A stretch of DNA of 64,000 nucleotides, taken from the human T2T-CHM13v2.0 reference genome, Homo sapiens. Location of the stretch: NCBI RefSeq assembly GCF_009914755.1, contig NC_060930.1, one strand, 5' to 3'. The position numbers and the translations under genes are program-made. Under the pieces are notes generated by a model, which was not told the origin of the DNA, did not search any database, and saw only the letters and a list, made by a program, of their open reading frames with translations. Each line of letters opens with the position of its first letter. Position 1 is the stretch's first letter. This document shows positions 54,751 through 64,000 of the stretch, in pieces.

Positions 54751-56599
54751 TGGCTCTTAGAGTAGAGTTGAGGAGAAGAACCCAGAGGCTAAAAAAAATC
54801 CAAATGGCACGAAGGAAATGAGTCCGTGATTCTACAAAAACCAGGGAGCTGAGCCTAGTTCAAGACAGACCAAAATACCCTGCATCACACTTCTACTGAG
54901 AAGTAGAATAACCTACATAATTACAACTATTATTTAAGTTTTCTCATTTGTTTGTTAAGGGAAAGAGCTAAACAATATGGCAAACTCTAGAAGGATGGTT
55001 GAGAGCTCTGCTGAATGTGAGAGGAAAACTTCAGAACTGTAAGGACTACCTAGATGGTTTGTCGCTCCATGCAAGGCTGTCAGATAGGTGCTCGTTTATT
55101 TACTTGCTTTTATATTAACTTGGATTATTTGTTCTTAGCCTTATGGAGTATATTAGCTTCTGGGATATTGGAAAGAATTTAAAGGTGGATATGGGCAGAG
55201 CATAGTTTAGAGAACCTGACCAATGAGCTTTGCCAGCCTGGATGTGGGAAGTAGGGTTACTTGCTCTGGACTTGCTATTCCTGGTAGTATATGGTATTAA
55301 TATTAGGCTGCATTTGCTGTACTGCCTCGGTAAGCTTTTAAAATTTCCCAAGTCTCTCTAAAACAAACTTTGAGATGAATACTTTGTGCTCCAGCAGTTC
55401 CCTGCAGAAGCCTTGGTAGACCCAGGTCTTCATGCAGTGAAAGGATGCTTCCCCAGCTACAAAAATCAATCACCAAACATAGCAGAGGAAACTTAGGCTT
55501 CCTCATATTGGTGTCAAGCTAAAGACAAGAGAAAAGAAATCATCTTACTGTGTGGGGATGAACAATAAAATCCTGGCAACTGACCTCTGACTGAGTTGTT
55601 ATCGAAAAATGCTCTTTGTTTCCCTCAGCCAATTGAATCATGATACTTCCTGTACCCCGAAAAATATCAACTGCAGTTAGAATGAAAAAAAAAAAAAAGG
55701 AAGAACTGAACAGAATGTTTGATTAATTAATGAATTCCTCTTAATCATCTCTTTAGCAGACACCTGAAAGAGTAGGCCTATCACAAAAGTTACAAAACAA
55801 CTACCGTGTTTTGGATTATTATTAGAAAGCCTTGGACAAATCTCCTAGAAAAAATAATCATAATATGATTTAATCAGTTTTCAATTATCCAGAGGTTGAT
55901 TATTGCATTTGCAGATGGTTTGTACCTCTATTCTCCTTCTGCTCTCTCAGGCTGAATGCCTTTTAGCTATTATAGTGTCTGTGTGCATTTCCAGGAGAGA
56001 ATTGGCAGAAAGGGACATCAGCAAGCATATAAATTGAAAGACTCATAAATTGAAGAGACAGTGGGTACTTTGCTTAAACAAGTCTTATGTATTATCTGTA
56101 GATCTAAAAATCTCAAGCTCTCCCATGAAATCATATTATGATGCCCTACCAGCTAAGGGCCTTGTATCATCGGCCTTCAGTAAATATTGGTAGAAAGAAG
56201 GGATAGCATAGTGGTAAAGAGCCAGGCTGTTAGGTCACCTGTGTTCACATTCCATCTCTAAACTTGGGGCTGATTGATTTACTTAACATCTCCATGACTT
56301 AGTTGCCTTATCTGCAAAGAGCATTGTGGTACATTGTATTGCTATCAAAATATGTACTAAAGGGGCAAAGTCTGAAGATGAAGATAAGGCATGAGAGAAA
56401 GACTGAATTTCTGACATTTTCACAGCTCCCAATCAATAGCACCAAGGGCAGCGATCCATGGTGGAGAAAACATATTCACCTTCTGAGACAGAAAGTCCGT
56501 GAACCATGAAATATTTCCCCCAAGCACTGTCAAACTAGTGTGACAAGTTGTCCCTGAAGAAGGTGACTCCACAACGGATGTGTACATCTCTGGGCAGGA

Positions 56600-59500
56600 A
56601 AGGATTACCTCTATCTTCTCAAACTGGACTCTATTACCATTTTTCAAACATCAAGAAATGTCTCACAGAATTTTACCTAATTACCCAGTTGTGACTGACA
56701 AGGTACTCAACTTTCTATCATGCTCAGGCTGCTGAATAACTGAAATATGGAATTAGCTAAATTGTCCAACATGGACTTTAAAGGAAGGAACTTAATAATT
56801 CCCTGGAAAATAGGTAGTGATCCCAAGAATACAACCACACTATCACTGGGGAGAAGGGAGATCAAACCTACATGAGCCTGTGTTATTGAAATAAAATAGA
56901 AAAGAAGAGAAGATGGAGAAACTATGCAAGAAGAATATTTCAAAATGAGAATATAAATGTAGCACACTGAAACCAGATTAAGAAGTTTGACTCTGGAATA
57001 TTTTTTTAGGCAGAAAATGCTTTGCACTTGAGAAAATTAAGGGAAACATAGACTTTGCAAAGCGATAGATAAGAGATAAGATTACAGATTGAGATGAATA
57101 AAAGAAATAGCAGAACTAAAGAAAAAAGACATTAAAAAAAACTTCTCTTGAAAATGATCTCTCTTTAAAACCACCAGAGCAGCAAAATAATATGAGAGAG
57201 CAAATTCCATGCTCAATGAAACTAGGAAATGGATACACTCCAAACAATAAGTTTTTAACAAAATTGAGATAGAGCACAGAGTGCCAATATATCATAATAC
57301 TTCTAACCCTAAGAAATGATCTGGAGATCAAAAAGGGGAAGGAGATAAAGAAGTAGTTAGTTGTATTGCTGCTAAACAGAGTCAGCTGAGCTGAATAAAT
57401 AAACACAGATTGTCAAACAAAAGATCTGAATGTACAGGGCTTCCCTCAGCCACTCCTATCTCCCACGCAGCAAAGAGCATGCTCACTGTAGTAGGGCTTT
57501 TCTTTGGATTTTAGACTCACCCAATCGGAGTCTTTAGGAATGGCACCCGGGAATCTGCTTTAACAGCATCACAGGGGCTTTAGGAAAAGGGAATTGAAAG
57601 ATTATGCTGAGTAACATAATAATATAAAATACTAATACATTTTGTATCTATTTGATGGCAAAATACAACATATATATGTTATTAGATACTTTATATATTG
57701 CCATAAAAATGGGGAATTCACCATAAAGCACCTGTAGATCATTAGATCATTTAGAAAATGTGATTGTATATTAACGCTCAAGGAAAACATGAATAGATAC
57801 CAAAAAGTACAAATAATTTATATTTTCATCTAGAATTCCGTAAACTAGCAAGTACTAGCAGAATTGAAATGTAGTAAAAACAACCCAATCTCTTAAAAAC
57901 GTAAACTCCTTCTCAGAAAGTGTATTATTGAAATAAGTCAAAAGAATAATTACAAAATAATAAAAATGAAAATTCTTAATTTTCAAGTATTGAAATTTGA
58001 AAACTAAGACATACGGTCAAAGCTGTACAGAGAGGAAAATTGGTAGTCGAAACACTTACAGCACTGAACAATAAGGTATTGAATAAAGTATTCATTTCAA
58101 GAACAACAGCAACAAGAAAATCCCTAAGAAAGGCAAAATGAAAGAATGAATAAAGAAGAACCAGAAATTAATGAATTAGAAAATAGAAATTGGAATGGGT
58201 AAATATATGTGAAAGTAAATTGCCTGCAAATGGGTAGAAAAATATTTTAACAAAACAAAGTGGTAGCTAACCACTGATAGTTTTCTAGGAAAATATAAAT
58301 TATCAAAAGAAATTCCAGAAAATATAGAAAACCTAAACAGACCAAAAATAACAAATGAAATAAAGTTACTCCCCAAAATTGCCAGTTTTTATAAGAAATC
58401 TTTGCAAGCCTTTCAAAAATATTCATATGTTATTTAAACATTTCCAGATCATGTAAAGATAAAAATCTTCCTATTATCTTTTTCAAAGCCAAAATAAGAC
58501 TCATAACATAAACTGACAAAGATGTGTATACACACACAAACACACACACAACAAAGATCACTTTTACTAATTGTCATTTATTTGAAAGAAAATTGTTATA
58601 TTTCTTCCCACACTATACACATACAAAAATTTCAAATGGATTGAAGACTTAGATATATTTTAAAACCACAAAAGTAATGGAAAGAAAACTTAGAATTTTT
58701 TTGTAGTTTTAAGAAAGGGATTTATAAGCATAGACAAGACCCAGAAACATTATTTTTTAAAAGCTAGTAGGTTTTTCTGAACAAAAATAAGGTTCTTCAT
58801 GGAAAATATACATTAACAAAGAAAAAGACAATAAACTAGGAGAACATGTGTACAACACATAAAGCAAATACAATCAATCATATTACAGTATGTAGAAAGC
58901 AAATACAATGTAGCAAGAAAAAGACAGGCAAACAAGTAGAAAAATGAGAAAAAGGTATAAGCAGAAAGTTCATTTAAAAATGTAAATAACAAATATGTGG
59001 AAAGGGGCCAATCTTACTAAAAATCAAAGCGTTATCAACTAAAACAAATATGGGATATGTATTTTTCAAATAGATTGGTAAAATCTTTAAAGATTTTCAA
59101 AACCCAAATTTGGAGCAGTTTTGGGACAATAAATATAATCATAAATTACTGATAGGAGAGTCAATTTTACCAATTTTTTGCAGAATTTTCTTGCCATATG
59201 TTTAACAACATAAATATGTTCATTTTCAAAATTTCTCTAACAGAAGTATACCCTATAAAGACACTTGGAGAAGTGTGCAAAGATACATGTGTAAAGGTGA
59301 TCACTGAAGCATGATTTGTAATACTGAAAATCTAGAAGCTACTTAAATATCTTGAAGAGGAGGCTCATTAAATAAGTTTTGGTAGAGTCATATATTACAA
59401 GCCATTTCTGAAAACAGATTTGTATGTACTAATTTAGATTTATATGTACAAATAAGAAATGCTATCAATGTATTATTAACTGAAAAACATACTTGGCAAT
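56600..59500 (+). mobile_element. very old L1M (ORF1/ORF2/3' relics) with a nested MER5-like piece (~57400-57600)
   Basis: A-rich; agctgtacagagaggaaaattggtag; agaaaatatagaaaacctaaacagacca; aaatttcaaatggattgaagactta. Confidence 0.6.
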
Positions 59501-59519
59501 ATTTAGCAGAAACCTTATG

Positions 59520-60230
59520 CTAGGAGGTGATTCAGGAAGGGTTTATTTTTCTCCTACAACAGACTCGTTCTACAATTGCTCAAGAGGCTAAAACAGAATG
59601 TCAGGAATGCAAGATCTATCTTTGTGCTCCACTATAATTAACAAATAGATCGGCCTTTGTTCTTGTATATGTCACTTCAAAGGCATAAGATGGTGACCAC
59701 ACCTCCAGACTTCACATCTCTCTTTCGGGCAGAAGAAATACCTTCTCTTTTTATTTGGGAAGGGATGCCCTGTTCATGCACTTTTACGTTTGTCTATCTG
59801 GTAAATCGATTGCATGTAGGGATCCAGTTTCTCATGCCTCTTATATTTATGCCCTTTGGTTGTGACTGCGAGCTTGGACACGTGCCTTGATTTGACCACC
59901 AGGACAGTAGCAAACAACAGAGCAAAGACTTGAAAATGAACTTGCACATTTCTGCTTTCTCTCTTGGACTCCTGGCACTGCCATGGAGTCCCTCTCGCTG
60001 CCAGGAACCAGCTATATTCATACAAAAGACACATGAGGAAGAGCTGAATGGTCCCCACCTGCAGCCCCCCAGTGCAACCAACCTCTACCCAGCTCACCAG
60101 ATGCCCACAGACACACGAATAAGCCCGGCCATGATCAGCTGAGACACGTCCAGATCAGAAGGGTCCAGACACTTTAAATATTTATTTAAGTTACTAAGTT
60201 TGTATGCCCTATAGAAATCAGAAACTGAAG
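59520..60230. mobile_element. old MLT1-type LTR fragments (minus ~59520-59800, plus ~59815-60230)
   Basis: aagatggtgaccacacctccagacttcacatc; tttaagttactaagtttg...aactga. Confidence 0.5.
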
Positions 60231-60491
60231 GACGCTCATTGTTCAGAATTATATCCCAACATCATTATTTATTGAAGAAAAGTAGAGAAAATTAAATATT
60301 TTTACCTAGGCACATTCCCTCAAACAACCAAGTTTCTCTAAATAAGAATTAAGGGGGAAAAATGGCATTAGGAAGACCACTGACAATATTTCCCCCAGAC
60401 AGGTAAAAAGATAAACGCCAGTGTTTTGATATAAAAAATAAATGAGCTGAGATAAAAAGAGAGACCAAAATGTTGATAGTTTTCTCTAATT

Positions 60492-60717
60492 CAGGAATCA
60501 GGAAAAAAAAAAATCTGTAAAGGGCTAGATAGTAAACATTTGGGGCTTTGCAGGCCTTTTGATCTCTGTCACAACTGCTCTGCTCTACCATGGGTAACAC
60601 AAAAGCAGCCATAGACACTGTGTAAACAAATGGGCGTGGCTAGTTTGCAATAAAACTTTTTTAACAAAAACACAGTGAGCTGGACTTGGCCTGTGAAATA
60701 TAGTTTGCAGATCCCTG
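60492..60717 (+). mobile_element. MER58A (hAT-Charlie)
   Basis: tctgtaaagggctagatagtaaa...aaagcagccatagac...tagtttgcagatccctg; 8-bp TSD ctctaatt/ctctattg. Confidence 0.9.
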
Positions 60718-61104
60718 CTCTATTGCTAAGATCACGAGTGACACTTTCTTGTTCATGCTTTTCTGAATTGAGTGGATTTTTATAATTAGTAAAAAAAGAT
60801 ATATAAAATCATGTGTAACTTAAAAATAGCTAAGACAAAATATTTATTCAAATTCAAAATCTTATGTTTTCAATATTTAAAAAAACACAAATGAACATCC
60901 AACCCAAGTAGTTAGAAAACACACACACAGCATAAAGAAATTAATGGAAATAAAGAATAAAATATTGCATTAAAAATAGATAAACCATTGACTTAACAAG
61001 TAAACATAAGTCAATGGTTTTCCTAAGAATGTAGGAATAAGTTTCATAACATGAAATATATCCCAAGGTTCTCTTGAAAAGACACTGAAGTATTATCCTC
61101 CCTT

Positions 61105-61601
61105 TTCCCTTTTTTTTATTTCCAACTTTTAAGTTCAGGGGTACATGTGCAGGATGTGCAGGCTTGTTACATAGGTAAACATGTGCCATGGTGGTTTGCT
61201 GCACAGAACATCCCATCACCCAGGTATTTATCCCAGCACCCACTAGCTATTCTTCCTGATGCTCTACCTCTTCCTACCCACTACCCTTTGACAGGCCCCA
61301 GTATGTGTTGTTCCCCACCATGTGTCCATGTTTTCTCATCATTCAGCTCCCACTTGTAAGTGAGAACATGAGGTATTTGGTTTTCTGTTCCTGCGTTAGT
61401 TTGCTAAGGATAATGCCCTCCAGCTCCATCCATGTCCCTGCAAAACACATAATCTCATCCCTTTTGTTGGCTGCATAGTATTCCATAGTGTATATGTGCC
61501 ACATTTTCTCTATCCAGTCTGTCATGGTTGGGCATATAAGTTGATTTCATGTCTTTGCTATCATAAGTAGTGCTGCAATAAACATACACGTGCATGTATC
61601 T
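61105..61601 (-). mobile_element. L1PA12/13-like 3' end (non-inverted part of a twin-primed L1)
   Basis: ttttaagttcaggggtacatgtgcaggatgtgcagg...ctagctattcttcctgatgc. Confidence 0.88.
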
Positions 61602-61649
61602 CTGATCATATATCTAGAAAACTTCATTGTCTCAGCCCAAAAGCTGCTT

Positions 61650-61955
61650 TTTTTTTTTCTTTTTTTTCCTTTTTTGAAATGGAGTCTTGCTCTGTCGCCC
61701 AGGCTAGAGTGCAGCGGCACGATCTCGACTCACGGCAACTTCCACTTCCTGGGTTCAAGAAATTCTCCTGCCTCAGCCTCCCAAGTAGCTGGGATTATAG
61801 GCACCCACCATTACACCCAGCTAATTTTTGTATTTTTAGTAGAGAGAAGGTTTCACTATCTTGGCCAGGCTGGTCTTGAACTCCTGACCTCGTGATCCTC
61901 CTGCCTCAGCCTCCCAAAGTACGGGGATTACAGGTGTGAGCCACTGCTCCTGGCC
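61650..61955 (-). mobile_element. AluS (AluSg-like), full length
   Basis: TSD aagctgctt (61641-61649) / aagcttctt (61956-61964); ggctggtcttgaactcctgacctcgtgatcc. Confidence 0.93.
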
Positions 61956-63144
61956 AAGCTTCTTAAGCTGATAAGCAACTTCAGCAAAATCTCAGAATAC
62001 AAAATAAATATACAAAAATCACTAGCATTCCTACACACCAATAGGCAAGCTGAGAGCCAAATCATGAACGAACTCCCTTTCACAATTGCCACAAAAAGAA
62101 TAAAATATCTTAAAAATGCAGCTTATAAGGGAAGTGAAGGACCACTTTAAGGAGAACTACTTACCACTGCTCAAAAAAATCAGAGATGACACAAATGGAA
62201 AAACATTCCAAGCTCATACATAGGAAGAATCAATATTTTGAAAATGGCCATACTGCCCAAAGCAATTTATAGATTTAAGGTTATTCCCATTAAACTACCA
62301 TTGACATTCTTCACAAAATTAGAAAAAAACTATTTTAAAATTTATATGGAACCAAAAAAGAGCTCAAATAGCCAAGGCACTTGTAAGCAAAAAGAACAAA
62401 GCTGGAGGCCTCACATTACCTGACTTCAAACTATACTACAGGGCTACAGTAACTAAAACAGCATGGTACTGGTAGAAGAACAGACATATAGACTAATGGA
62501 GCAAAATAGAAAACCCAGAAATAAGATGACACACCTGCAACCATCTGATCTTCAACAAACCTGACAAAAACAAGCAATAGGGAAATGATTCCCTATTTAA
62601 TAAATGATGCTGGGAGAACTGGCTAGTCATATGCAGAAAATTGAAACTGGACCTCTTACTTACACCATATACAAAACTAAACTCCAGATGGGTTAAAAAC
62701 TTAAATGTAAAACCCAAAACTAGAAAAATCCTAGAAGAAAACCTAGGCAATACCATTTAGGACATAGGCACAGGCAAATATTTCACGACAAAGATGTCAA
62801 AAGCAATTGGAACAAAAGCAAAAATTGACAAATGGGATCTAATTAAACTAAAGAGCTTCTGTGCAGCAAAAGAAACAATAGAGTAAATAGACAACCTACA
62901 GAATGGGAGAAAATTTTTGCAATCTATCCACCTGACAAAGGTCTAATATCCAGTATCCATAAGGAACTTAAACAAATTTACAAGAAAAAAAAACATTAAA
63001 AAGTAGGCAAAGGACATGAACAGTCACTTCTCAAAAGAAGACACACATGTGGCCAAAAATCATATGGAAAAAAGCTCAACATCACTGATCATTAGAGAAA
63101 TGCAAATCAATATCACAGTGAGATACCATCTCACACCAGTCTGA

Positions 63145-63967
<823 letters not shown>

Positions 63968-64000
63968 TTTTTTTGAGTCAAAAAACTACAGAGGCTGGTG

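Overview
Primate, probably human or great-ape, AT-rich and CpG-poor non-coding DNA (intergenic or deep intronic). The taxon call rests on AluY/AluS/AluJ and L1PA elements. I recognise no protein-coding gene, tRNA, functional rRNA, CpG island or CRISPR array. Almost every ORF in the supplied track is transposon-derived or of chance length. The window is a layered transposon fossil record. It holds an internally deleted MER57 (ERV1) provirus with a GATC TSD, a near full-length L1PA7-like element with a ~1.3 kb ORF1-ORF2 deletion, and a complete MSTA LTR-int-LTR element with an ACTAT TSD. It also holds a twin-primed (5'-inverted) L1 carrying a nested Alu and a nested younger L1, several DNA transposons (Made1 x2, MER82, Tigger6-like, MER53, MER58A, MER96B-like), and many MIR/L2/CR1/MLT1 relics. 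I found no convincing novel multi-gene system. The best leads are: (1) a probable Gmr1-like/SCAN-type Gypsy gag fossil with candidate LTR, PBS and leader hairpins (9390-12930); (2) an AluY with 13 non-CpG changes but 20 of 21 CpGs intact; (3) a ~288-bp tandem duplication of apparently unique DNA; (4) an in-frame L1 ORF1-ORF2 fusion; (5) several template-switch palindromes; and (6) a highly diverged 5S-derived sequence. Subfamily names come from recalled consensus sequences, and boundaries of old repeats are approximate.
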